Made by a program: the position numbers and the translations under genes. Of a stretch of DNA of 64,000 nt, positions 31,256-40,357 are shown piece after piece (the first letter of the stretch is position 1; each line of letters begins with the position of its first letter). This stretch comes from an uncultured delta proteobacterium (GTDB lineage Bacteria; Desulfobacterota; Syntrophia; Syntrophales; UBA5619), in assembly GCA_963817385.1 (NCBI GenBank), contig CAWFOM010000010.1, positions 224,001 to 288,000 on the forward strand, written 5' to 3'. The notes under the pieces are model-generated. The model was not told the origin of the DNA and searched no databases. It worked only from the letters and a program-made list of their open reading frames with translations.

Positions 31256-31990
31256 TCAGCCTAAGGGTTCCAGAACTACCTGCACCGAGGCCACATGCTT
31301 TGAAGCCTTCAGCGCCCAGACGATTGCCGAGGCCACATCAACCGGCCGCAGCATCAAGGCAGGATCGGTCAAACTGGAGTCCAGCGGACGGCCTGCGTGT
31401 TGGTCGCGGAACCCGGTATCGGCAGTCCCGGGCGAGATAACGGTTACCTGGATGCCGTACTCCTTTACCTCTTTGGAGAGAGACTCTGAGAAGGCCATCA
31501 CCGCGGCTTTGGAAGCGCAGTAACCGGAGAAATTGGGGACACCCCGCCTCCCGAGAACGGAGGCGATGTTCACGATGTGCCCTGTCCCGGCATCCCTCAT
31601 GGGTCCTATGGCCGCCCGACTCAGATAAAAGGTGCCGTTCACATTCACCTCCATCATCTGCTGCCACTGAGCATCGGTGGTGTTTTCCACAGAAGCCCAG
31701 TGTCCCAGACCCGCGCAGTTCACGAGAATCTGGAGGCCGCCCATCTCCTTCACCGCCCACTGGACGAGGACGGAACACTGCCCCGGATTGCGCACGTCCA
31801 GAGTCCGCCATACAGCTGTACCGCCCGTTCCGCAAATCTCTTTCACCAGCGATGCCAACGCATCCGATTCTTGCGGCAGAGCCGCCGCGACCACCCGGAC
31901 GCCATCGGCCGCGAGTTGCCGGGACAACTGCCTGCCAAAGCCTCCGCTGGCCCCTGTAACGATAGCTACCAAACCTGTCAAGGAATCCAC
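31256..31990 (-). CDS. SDR family oxidoreductase
   Basis: TGASGGFG, NCAG and YCASK motifs. Confidence 0.92.
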   Translation of the reverse strand: MDSLTGLVAIVTGASGGFGRQLSRQLAADGVRVVAAALPQESDALASLVKEICGTGGTAVWRTLDVRNPGQCSVLVQWAVKEMGGLQILVNCAGLGHWASVENTTDAQWQQMMEVNVNGTFYLSRAAIGPMRDAGTGHIVNIASVLGRRGVPNFSGYCASKAAVMAFSESLSKEVKEYGIQVTVISPGTADTGFRDQHAGRPLDSSLTDPALMLRPVDVASAIVWALKASKHVASVQVVLEPLG

Positions 31991-32282
31991 GCTGTTCCTC
32001 CCTTTCCAAACGAATTACCTTGATTGATAAGAATGATCTTTTGGCGGCGCGAGTATAGGAAACCGGTACCTTTATGTCAAGATAATAACCGAGATGGGTA
32101 TGCAGATCCTTCACGGTGGTTCATGCGGCTTTGTATTATGCCTGAGCACGATCAATGAGTTTCAGCGGCCCCTATCCGGCAAAGCATCGAATCGAACGGG
32201 ACCATTACAGAAAGACAGTCGTCAACATTCAGCAATAGAGGCCATTGCACAGGGAAAGAAAAAAGTACGACTAGTTGATCAT

Positions 32283-33344
32283 TCAGATTTTCCCACGTTC
32301 CTGTGCGATGCGGATGTAAGTCTCCTTGCCGGTTTCCGGCGGGAGGTATTGTTGATCTTCGGATTTCTTCATCAGGCGGACTGCATCCGTGGGGCAGGTG
32401 GAGACACACAGGCCGCAGCCGATGCATCGTTTGAGGTTGATTATCGCCTTCTCTTCCACGATATCGATAGCGTCCATCTGGCAGCGACCCAGACAGGTCT
32501 CGCATCCCGAACAGGCTTCTTCATCCACGTGAGCATAATAGTTACTCTTAACCGCAGCCGCAGGATTTGACTGCTTTTTGAGGGATCGGAGCATCCCACA
32601 ACAATCTCCGCAGCAACTGCACATTCCGCCGATATACTGAGAATTAAACGGTTGCATCACAAGACCGGCCGCTTCATTTTTCCGGGCAATATCTTTTGCC
32701 TCTTCCTTGGTGATGTATCGTCCCATGCCGTTATCGACATAAAAGCTCGCATGCGATCCGAAAAGGAAACAGGCCTCCATCGGCTTGTCGCAGCCCCGAG
32801 CGTCTTTTTTTGCTATTGTTCTGCAGATACAGGGTGCAACGGCGATTATTTTCTGATCGTCAAAAATCTTCATCACGTCCTCATATGGTGCGATTGGCCA
32901 CTCCGTCACAAGCTCCCGGTTGATTGGGATGGTTCTCATGACAGGGGTATTCCAAGCCTGAAAGGTCTTTCCGAGGGCTTCATGGTAGTACGTTTCCATA
33001 TCTTTGGCGAGTGTCTCATCAACGGAATTAAGCTGGAACTCAAAAATTCCTACCACGAAAGGAATGGCTGCGTAGCGAACGACATCGTTTTTCTTCTGAC
33101 GAAACAAAAGGCCTCGCCTTGCCATATCTTCGATGTGCTTTGCCGTATCTTCTTCGGGAAGATTCAGACGCCCTGCTACACTTTCCGATGTTTCAAGCAT
33201 CGGGGTCAACATCATAAACATCTCCGCATCGGCTTCAGTAAAGATCTGCTTGAGTATTTTGATTTCGATCCCGTTTCGGGTGGCGGGAAAACCGGTTCCC
33301 ATATCGTCGAGTCTTTGCCTGAGTTTTTCATATACATCGTTCAT
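32283..33344 (-). CDS. 4Fe-4S ferredoxin-domain protein with N-terminal HTH-like region
   Basis: CICR, CSCCGDCCG and two CxxCxxCxxxC motifs. Confidence 0.88.
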   Translation of the reverse strand: MNDVYEKLRQRLDDMGTGFPATRNGIEIKILKQIFTEADAEMFMMLTPMLETSESVAGRLNLPEEDTAKHIEDMARRGLLFRQKKNDVVRYAAIPFVVGIFEFQLNSVDETLAKDMETYYHEALGKTFQAWNTPVMRTIPINRELVTEWPIAPYEDVMKIFDDQKIIAVAPCICRTIAKKDARGCDKPMEACFLFGSHASFYVDNGMGRYITKEEAKDIARKNEAAGLVMQPFNSQYIGGMCSCCGDCCGMLRSLKKQSNPAAAVKSNYYAHVDEEACSGCETCLGRCQMDAIDIVEEKAIINLKRCIGCGLCVSTCPTDAVRLMKKSEDQQYLPPETGKETYIRIAQERGKI

Positions 33345-33454
33345 CTCAAACTCCTTAACTGTTATGGAAATGACGTCTTCAATAATGGTTCTCTATAACC
33401 GAATATTCCATTTTCTATCAAGGTAATGATAGCAAACGTATTGGGGTAGGGGCT

Positions 33455-35017
33455 TTATCCCGCTCCTCCATGACAGGATTCCGAAAAAGAAGGGGCGCTT
33501 CTTGTTTCGATCTGTTTAATCAAATTATTGAATAGCAATCGGTGAAACGGTAAAAAGATATACCAGTATAGTTCCCCAAAATAACCTTCCGGGTGATAAT
33601 TCGCTGTTATCAGGAGTATTCTTTGGAATCCTTCATCACGAATTTTAAATTCAAGCCATGCTTTCCCCGGCAATTTCATCTCAGCGCGGAGTAACAATCG
33701 TACATTTTTTTGAAGATCCTCAACCCTCCAAAAATCGATGACATCATTAATTTTTAGAGTAGTTTGGCTTTTTCTTCCTCTGGATGTCCCCACGCCTAAA
33801 AAAATCTTATCGATTCCCCCCCGCACACGCCACAGCAAATTGTTGGAAAACCAGCCCTCTTTGCCACCAACTTTGCATATTGATTTAAAAAGTGAAGCTG
33901 CATCATTGTGGGTAATGAGTGAATATGTACTGGTATATTTGGGACCTTCTTTGAGTTCGTGAAATTTGAGCGCCAGTTCATGGGCGGGCGGATAGGCGTC
34001 CGACCAGCGGGTATAAATTTTATCCTGTTCTTCCCTGTTCATCGCCCGGATAATGGCCTCCTTATAGGTCAGTGGTTTGAAGGGCAAGTATTCCTGAATG
34101 GAGTTGTTTTGACAGATCACTTCATTTTTCAATCCTTCCATTAAAGAACGGGTTATTGGGGCGGGAACCGGGGTAATGAAAGCTCCGATGTACGTATAGA
34201 GGGGAAGATACGAGAAAAAGGGAAGAAATAGTCTCTTCTTGCGAAGCAATTCGGCTCTGATTTTCAGCATTTCATAATAGCTTAAAATGTCATTGCCCCC
34301 TATGTCAAAAGATCCTCCGGAGGTTTCAGGAATTTCGAGAACCCCCACGAGATACTTGATTACGTCGCGGATAGCAATGGGTTGACATTTCGTCATTGCC
34401 CAGCGGGGGATGAGCATTATCGGGATTTTATTAACCAAATGTTGAATAATTTCATAGGAGGCGCTTCCCGAGCCGATTATGATAGCGGCTCGTAAAACGG
34501 TGACAGACACTTTCCCTTTTTTGAGCTCTTCAGCGACATGGATCCGGCTCTGCAGATGCAGCGATAGTTTCGATTGGGTATCCCCAAGTCCCCCGAGGTA
34601 GATTATCCGTTTGACCTGATTCGCTTCGGCGGCTATTCTGAAGTTAACAGCCGCCTGGATGTCTGCTTTGGCGAATTCTTTATGTCCTAACAGCAAAGAA
34701 TGAATGAGATAATATGCGGTGTCAATGCCTTTGAGCGCTGTTTTCAGCTGTTCCAACTCGAGTGCGTCCGCTGCGATAATCTCTACATTCGGCCATTGCT
34801 CCTGATAGATCGGAGAGGGAGCTCTGACCATGATTCTAATCTTGTATCCCCTTGCCAACAATTCGGGAACCAATCTCCCCCCGATGTAGCCTGAGGCGCC
34901 GGTTACCAAAACTGTCCCCATTCCTGCCAATGGTTTGGATGGTAAATCATGGCAGAAAAGGTCATGATCTTCTCCCGGCTGAAAAGAAACGTTGTCTCCA
35001 GATAAATTCGTGGTCAT
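33455..35017 (-). CDS. Atypical SDR / NAD-binding protein with DUF2867 (YbjT-like)
   Basis: TGASGYIGG, IIGSGSASYE and LRAEMKLPGKAWLEF motifs. Confidence 0.88.
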   Translation of the reverse strand: MTTNLSGDNVSFQPGEDHDLFCHDLPSKPLAGMGTVLVTGASGYIGGRLVPELLARGYKIRIMVRAPSPIYQEQWPNVEIIAADALELEQLKTALKGIDTAYYLIHSLLLGHKEFAKADIQAAVNFRIAAEANQVKRIIYLGGLGDTQSKLSLHLQSRIHVAEELKKGKVSVTVLRAAIIIGSGSASYEIIQHLVNKIPIMLIPRWAMTKCQPIAIRDVIKYLVGVLEIPETSGGSFDIGGNDILSYYEMLKIRAELLRKKRLFLPFFSYLPLYTYIGAFITPVPAPITRSLMEGLKNEVICQNNSIQEYLPFKPLTYKEAIIRAMNREEQDKIYTRWSDAYPPAHELALKFHELKEGPKYTSTYSLITHNDAASLFKSICKVGGKEGWFSNNLLWRVRGGIDKIFLGVGTSRGRKSQTTLKINDVIDFWRVEDLQKNVRLLLRAEMKLPGKAWLEFKIRDEGFQRILLITANYHPEGYFGELYWYIFLPFHRLLFNNLIKQIETRSAPSFSESCHGGAG

Positions 35018-36342
35018 TTACATCCTGCCTTTTCCCGGTCATCATCACGTCCGGTTCTGGCGGTGCATGATGACGTTTTCGAGAGAGCGGGTATTTCAGA
35101 AGGGAATACATACCGTACAGCGCGTTCGTAGAGGAGATAATCCCATGCCCAGTTGATGAGCACCATCACGCGGTTGCGGAAGCCGATTAAATTGAAAAGA
35201 TGGATTACGAGCCAAAGTATCCACGCGAAGAAACCTGAGTAGGTCCTCGATCCGATGGCGACACCGGCAGCATTACGGCCGATCGTAATCATCGATCCTC
35301 GATCACGGTATCTAAACGGCAGGGGGTCAAGCCCTGCTATTTGCCTTGAGATATTATGCGCGGCGGCAACAGCCGATTGTATCGCCACTTGGGCGACCAT
35401 AGGCAACGAGCTCCCGTTCATACCGATCTGAGCCAGATCCCCAACCACATATATATGGGGGTGGTCCGGTATTTGGAGCGTCGGTAAGACGGAGACCCGA
35501 TCGTCCCTTGTTGTGGGTATTCCTGAAAGGGAAGCAAGAGGTTCCCCTCGAACACCTGCAGTCCATACGACAGTTTCGGTAGGAATCGTATCCTGACCGT
35601 CCAAGAGCACGGATTCAGGGGTGACCGCAACGACTTTTGTTTGCAGCAATACATCTATCCCCATCTTCCGGAGCCGCCGCAACGTGTAGGACCGTATGGA
35701 CTCAGGCATGTTGCCGACCAGTCCTTCTGCGGCTTCCAGAAGGATGATACGCACCGAGTTGAAATCGATGTTCCGGTATTCTTTGACGATTGGCCCATGA
35801 ATGAGTTCGCTCAAGGCGCCGGCATATTCGATACCCGTCGCGCCCCCGCCCACGATGACGAAAGTCAGAATGCTGGTAGGCCTTGCTTCATCGGCCTGCC
35901 TGGCAGCCCTCTCGAAACAGCAGATGATATGGTTCTTCAGGGCAACACCCTCTTCAAGCGTCTTGAGGAAAAAGGCATGATTCAAAACCCCCTGGATGCC
36001 GAACGAATGGGGGACGCTCCCCGTGGCTAGAATCAGGTAATCATATGAAAAATATTCATTGTCGGTTTCGACTATCCGTTTCTCGATATCGATACGCCGG
36101 GTGTGGGCCAAGGCGAAATCGATGTTCGGAAGATTGCTGAAGATGCTGCGAACCGGGTAGGCGATATCTTCCGCCTCCAACTCGGCGGCCGCCACCTGGT
36201 ACAGGAGAGGAAGGAAGGTGTGATAGTTGTTCCTATCGATGACCAGGATATCGACCGGTTCACGCGCAAGGGTTCGGACGGCCCAGATGCCGCCAAATCC
36301 GGCGCCGATCACAACCACGCGCGGTTTCTTGCTCTTGCCCAT
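35014..36342 (-). CDS. ndh: Type II NADH dehydrogenase
   Basis: GAGFGG, PLLYQVA, VGGGATGIE, WTAGV and AQVAIQ motifs. Confidence 0.88.
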   Translation of the reverse strand: MGKSKKPRVVVIGAGFGGIWAVRTLAREPVDILVIDRNNYHTFLPLLYQVAAAELEAEDIAYPVRSIFSNLPNIDFALAHTRRIDIEKRIVETDNEYFSYDYLILATGSVPHSFGIQGVLNHAFFLKTLEEGVALKNHIICCFERAARQADEARPTSILTFVIVGGGATGIEYAGALSELIHGPIVKEYRNIDFNSVRIILLEAAEGLVGNMPESIRSYTLRRLRKMGIDVLLQTKVVAVTPESVLLDGQDTIPTETVVWTAGVRGEPLASLSGIPTTRDDRVSVLPTLQIPDHPHIYVVGDLAQIGMNGSSLPMVAQVAIQSAVAAAHNISRQIAGLDPLPFRYRDRGSMITIGRNAAGVAIGSRTYSGFFAWILWLVIHLFNLIGFRNRVMVLINWAWDYLLYERAVRYVFPSEIPALSKTSSCTARTGRDDDREKAGCK

Positions 36343-36484
36343 GCAATCTCCCGAATGCTTGAAAAAATGTCTGTATGGCCTTACCGTTCCTGAGGCTCAG
36401 TCTTGCTTACCCATGCCAAGAGATCAATTTTATCAGTAAACTTAACAGATGCTTGTTGTGGATGTCAACATGACGATAGTGCGC

Positions 36485-37868
36485 TGTCAGTAGCACACGA
36501 TATGTCCGGTTTTGTAGCACATCATCTGTCCGGTTTAAGATGGCCGAGGTTGGAGGTGGCCGATGGGACGGACAGAGTTGCTACAGGAGATCAGGAAGAT
36601 GCGATTTGCCGAGGTGTATTTGGGATGGAGAGAGTCACGATTGACGCAAGAACAGGCGGCCATGGTGTTGGGAGTCAGTGATCGGACGTTTCGTCGGTAT
36701 ATCCATCGCTATGAAGAGGACGGCATCGAGGGATTGAGTGACGGGCGATTCGGGAGGGTTTCATTTCGTCGAGCGCCGGTGGATGAGGTTATGGCTGTGT
36801 TGGACCGGTATCGAAGCCTCTACGCGGGATGGACGGTAAAGCATTACTACCGTTGGTATCAAAAAGAAGAGGGCAAGCGCAGTTATACCTGGGTGAAGAA
36901 GACGCTTCAATCAGCGGGGTTGGTTTCCAAGGCGCCGAAGCGAGGTGTCCATCGCAAGCGACGGGACCGATCTCCTCTGCCGGGGATGCTGCTGCATCAG
37001 GATGGCAGCCGGCATGAATGGGTTCCCGGCAAAAAGTGGGATTTGATCGTCACGATGGACGATGCGACCAACGAGCACTACTCGATATTTTTTGTTGCTG
37101 AGGAAGGAACGGCTAGCAGTTTCCAGGGGGTAAGGGATGTGATCCTTCAGCATGGGCGGTTCAGTTCTCTCTACACAGATCGGGGAAGCCACTACTGGTT
37201 CACCCCGAAGGAGGGCGGAAAGGTGAGTAAAACCCAGCTCACCCAGTTTGGCCGGGCGATGAATCAGTTGGGCATCCAGATGATCGCGGCCTACTCTCCC
37301 GAGGCTCGGGGCAGAAGCGAGCGTGCGTTCCAAACCCATCAGGATCGACTGGTAAAAGAGCTGGCTCTCCATGGGATCACCGACATGGATGCCGCCAACC
37401 AGTATTTGGCCCGGGTGTATCTTCCCGCCTACAACGCCGAGTTCACGTACCCGGCACGGGAAGAAGGATCCGTCTTCATCCCCTGGACGAACGGCAACCT
37501 CGATGACGTCCTCTGTGAGCAGCACGAACGTACCGTCAGTGCTGACAACTGCGTGACCTTTGAGGGGATGACTCTCCAGATCCCCGCTAATCGCTATCGC
37601 TGCCACTACGTCCGTGTCAGGGTCCGAATCCACAGATACATCGATGGAACTCTGGCCATCTTCCACGGACCACGAAAACTGGCCGATTATGACCAGCGGG
37701 GGAAGATCAGGGAGCTTAAAAAGGCCGCCTGACGAAGTTACCCATAGAACGAGGATGCGTCAGTCCGCCGCTCACCTCGCTGTTCTCAAAAGATGACCTC
37801 TTCGATGAACAGGAAAAGCGGACAATTCATGTGCTATAAAAACCGGACAATTCTATTTGCTCTTGACA
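36485..37868 (+). mobile_element. Insertion sequence, IS1202/ISNCY type, 1384 bp
   Basis: Ends TGTCA../..TGACA with imperfect IRs containing repeated TGTCCG boxes. Flanked by a perfect 16-bp direct repeat CATGACGATAGTGCGC (36469-36484 and 37869-37884). Confidence 0.93.
36563..37732 (+). CDS. DDE transposase (ISNCY/IS1202-like)
   Basis: N-terminal HTH, LHQDGS, MDDAT, YTDRGS and SPEARGRSER motifs. Confidence 0.93.
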   Translation: MGRTELLQEIRKMRFAEVYLGWRESRLTQEQAAMVLGVSDRTFRRYIHRYEEDGIEGLSDGRFGRVSFRRAPVDEVMAVLDRYRSLYAGWTVKHYYRWYQKEEGKRSYTWVKKTLQSAGLVSKAPKRGVHRKRRDRSPLPGMLLHQDGSRHEWVPGKKWDLIVTMDDATNEHYSIFFVAEEGTASSFQGVRDVILQHGRFSSLYTDRGSHYWFTPKEGGKVSKTQLTQFGRAMNQLGIQMIAAYSPEARGRSERAFQTHQDRLVKELALHGITDMDAANQYLARVYLPAYNAEFTYPAREEGSVFIPWTNGNLDDVLCEQHERTVSADNCVTFEGMTLQIPANRYRCHYVRVRVRIHRYIDGTLAIFHGPRKLADYDQRGKIRELKKAA

Positions 37869-38054
37869 CATGACGATAGTGCGCCTGACGATATTGATGA
37901 ATGATTTCGATTCCACAATCATGAGATGCACCCGGACATCGCGTCATACCATGGAGACCCTCGCCGTGGGAATCCTGTACGCCTTATTGACAAATCGGGC
38001 CTCATCCGGTATGAACGCACTCACATTTGAGCTGAACGTTGTTCGGAGGGGAAC

Positions 38055-38135
38055 GTGATTCTTGATTTCCAGGGGAAACATCCCCGGATCGATCCAACGG
38101 TATTTGTTGCTCCAAACTCCCTGAGCGGTGATTAA
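38055..38135 (+). pseudogene. N-terminal stub of a gamma-carbonic-anhydrase-family gene
   Basis: GGAGG RBS, then MILDFQGKHPRIDPTVFVAPNS followed shortly by a stop. TTGACA-17-TATGAA lies upstream. Confidence 0.6.
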
Positions 38136-38210
38136 AATATTTTCATTTTGGCGTGCCCGGGGTGCTGAAGATTCACCGGGACAGAATTTTAGACACTATT
38201 GAGTTTACCC

Positions 38211-39218
38211 ATGTCCGATATCCTCCAAGCCAGCGGCTGCTCGACCGATACACTTCGCCATCTCCTCAATGGCATGACGAAACCATTCACCTCCGGAGAC
38301 ACGGTGGGGATAAAGATCCACTGGGGGGAGAAGGGGAATCACAGCTTTCTGCATCCCCGTTATACCCGGACGATCGTCCGGTGGCTTCAGGAATCGGGGA
38401 TCAACCCCTTTGTGTTCGATACGACCGTCCTCTACTCGGGAGGTCGTCGCACGGCTGCGGATAGCTTGAAAACGGCTGCTGAACATGGCTTCACCGAGGC
38501 CGATCTCGGGTGTCCCATCCTGATCGGCGACGGACTTGATGCCCGCGATGTCATTGATATCCCATCCGGCTATCGACACTTTCCAACGGTCCAGGTCGCC
38601 TCGATCATCCGGAAGGCGGATGGGTTCGTAATCTTTTCCCATTTCAAGGCGCATATGGAATCCGCGTTCGGCGGTGCAATCAAGAACATCTCCATGGGAT
38701 TCGCCTCTCGCGCTCAGAAGCAGCGGATGCACTCCGATGCCCACCCCGTCCTTAAGCCGGGGAAGTGCACCAGGTGCGGTCTTTGTGCGGAGATCTGCCC
38801 GACCGGCGCCGCCATCCTCCCTTCTGAGGCAGATCCCGTCTATGATCTCTCAAACTGCGTAGGCTGCTCTCAGTGCATCGCCCTCTGTCCGCAGACTGCC
38901 TTGAGAATCTTCTGGGATACGGATTTGAATGTTTTTCAGGAGAAACTGGTGGAAACTGCGGCAGCTCTCTGGCGTGAGATCGGAAAGAAATCTCTTGTCA
39001 TCAACGGCCTGATCGGAATCGTTTCCGAATGCGACTGCCTGCCGGGGAGGCATCCCGCCATCGCTGAGGATTACGGCTTTATCGGCGGAAACCACCCTCT
39101 GCCTGTCGACGAGGCGTCCATCCGTCAAACCGGTGCGGCGCCTTTCGATCGTGCCCACCCTGGACTGCCGTGGCTGAGACAGTTTTCCTATGCCCGGGAG
39201 ATCGGTTTTCATCCGTAG
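38211..39218 (+). CDS. DUF362-domain Fe-S protein
   Basis: IKIHWGE, SHFKAH..FGGAIKN, two ferredoxin motifs, ECDC. Confidence 0.88.
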   Translation: MSDILQASGCSTDTLRHLLNGMTKPFTSGDTVGIKIHWGEKGNHSFLHPRYTRTIVRWLQESGINPFVFDTTVLYSGGRRTAADSLKTAAEHGFTEADLGCPILIGDGLDARDVIDIPSGYRHFPTVQVASIIRKADGFVIFSHFKAHMESAFGGAIKNISMGFASRAQKQRMHSDAHPVLKPGKCTRCGLCAEICPTGAAILPSEADPVYDLSNCVGCSQCIALCPQTALRIFWDTDLNVFQEKLVETAAALWREIGKKSLVINGLIGIVSECDCLPGRHPAIAEDYGFIGGNHPLPVDEASIRQTGAAPFDRAHPGLPWLRQFSYAREIGFHP

Positions 39219-39228
39219 ATAAAACAAT

Positions 39229-40137
39229 CTACCCTATCAGGCGGTAACACCCGTTTACCTTGTAGACGATTCCGCGTCTCTGAAGGTGTTCCAGGTGCTT
39301 TTTCATATGAACACGTTCCCCGAAGGCAAAAAACTCCTTCGGCTCCCGCGGCTTCCCATAAATGATCCATGAATCGACGATCTCCTCCAGAGTTCTGGGT
39401 TTCTCAAGCAGCAAGATGAGCTTAGCCTCCCTTTCCGCAATGACCGCGACGTACCGCTGCCAGAGCTCCTGGGGAGGATGCACGAAGACACCGGTTTCAT
39501 GGCCGGTCAGAACGATTCCGGCCGAAAATCCCCGGAGGAGCTCAATGGATGCCCTCGTCTGGTCGATGCCGGAATAGAGATCCCCATACCAGGGTCCAAA
39601 ACGGGTGAGGTCGTAATCACCGGCAAAAAGGACGGAGAACTCATGGAAAAAGAAGGCCAGGTGGCCGGGGGTGTGTCCGGGAGTTGCGATGACGTCCACG
39701 GAAATGTTACCGAGATTGATCGTTTCGCCGCCGATGAGGGAACGGGCGGGGCGCCGCGGCCGAAAATGGAACTGATCGCGAAGCAGTGGTTCCCAGAAGC
39801 GCCGTTCCTCTTCAGAAAAACCATACCAGTCGAGGAAGATAGCGATATCGGCAAGTGGCGGCGTGTCCCTGGCAGAGACCCAGAGGGGGATGTCGTCAAA
39901 GAGGTCCAGATGCATGAAGTGATCCTCGTGCCAGTGGCTGAGCCAGACCATCTTCACCCCCTGCTCGGCGCGCAGACGGATCAGTCTTTCCCTATTCGAG
40001 GCCGGATCGATGAGAACGCCCGCCCCTTCGATATATATGGAGTTGCAGAAGGGGTAGCGTCCCCGATTGTCTCCGGGAATAAGGCGGATCGGCCCGAATA
40101 GTTGCTCTTCCATGGTGGTTTCCATAATATCACTCAA
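39229..40137 (-). CDS. MBL-fold metallo-hydrolase
   Basis: SHWHEDH, TPGHTPGH and GD motifs. Confidence 0.88.
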   Translation of the reverse strand: MSDIMETTMEEQLFGPIRLIPGDNRGRYPFCNSIYIEGAGVLIDPASNRERLIRLRAEQGVKMVWLSHWHEDHFMHLDLFDDIPLWVSARDTPPLADIAIFLDWYGFSEEERRFWEPLLRDQFHFRPRRPARSLIGGETINLGNISVDVIATPGHTPGHLAFFFHEFSVLFAGDYDLTRFGPWYGDLYSGIDQTRASIELLRGFSAGIVLTGHETGVFVHPPQELWQRYVAVIAEREAKLILLLEKPRTLEEIVDSWIIYGKPREPKEFFAFGERVHMKKHLEHLQRRGIVYKVNGCYRLIG

Positions 40138-40357
40138 GGGAATGATCGAAATATTATCGTACTATAGAAACGTGAAGCTTCAGATGTCAAGAAAAACAGG
40201 CAGCCTATTTCCTTGACCGGACCGGATTTTTCCCCTATAGTCCGCCCCAATTTCAATACAGTTTCATAATCAGTCCGCAGGCGAATCGACGGCGCGCAAT
40301 GACGCTGCCATTCCATCTGCGGACGATATCCCGCTTCACGGTTAGGGTTAACGGTCG

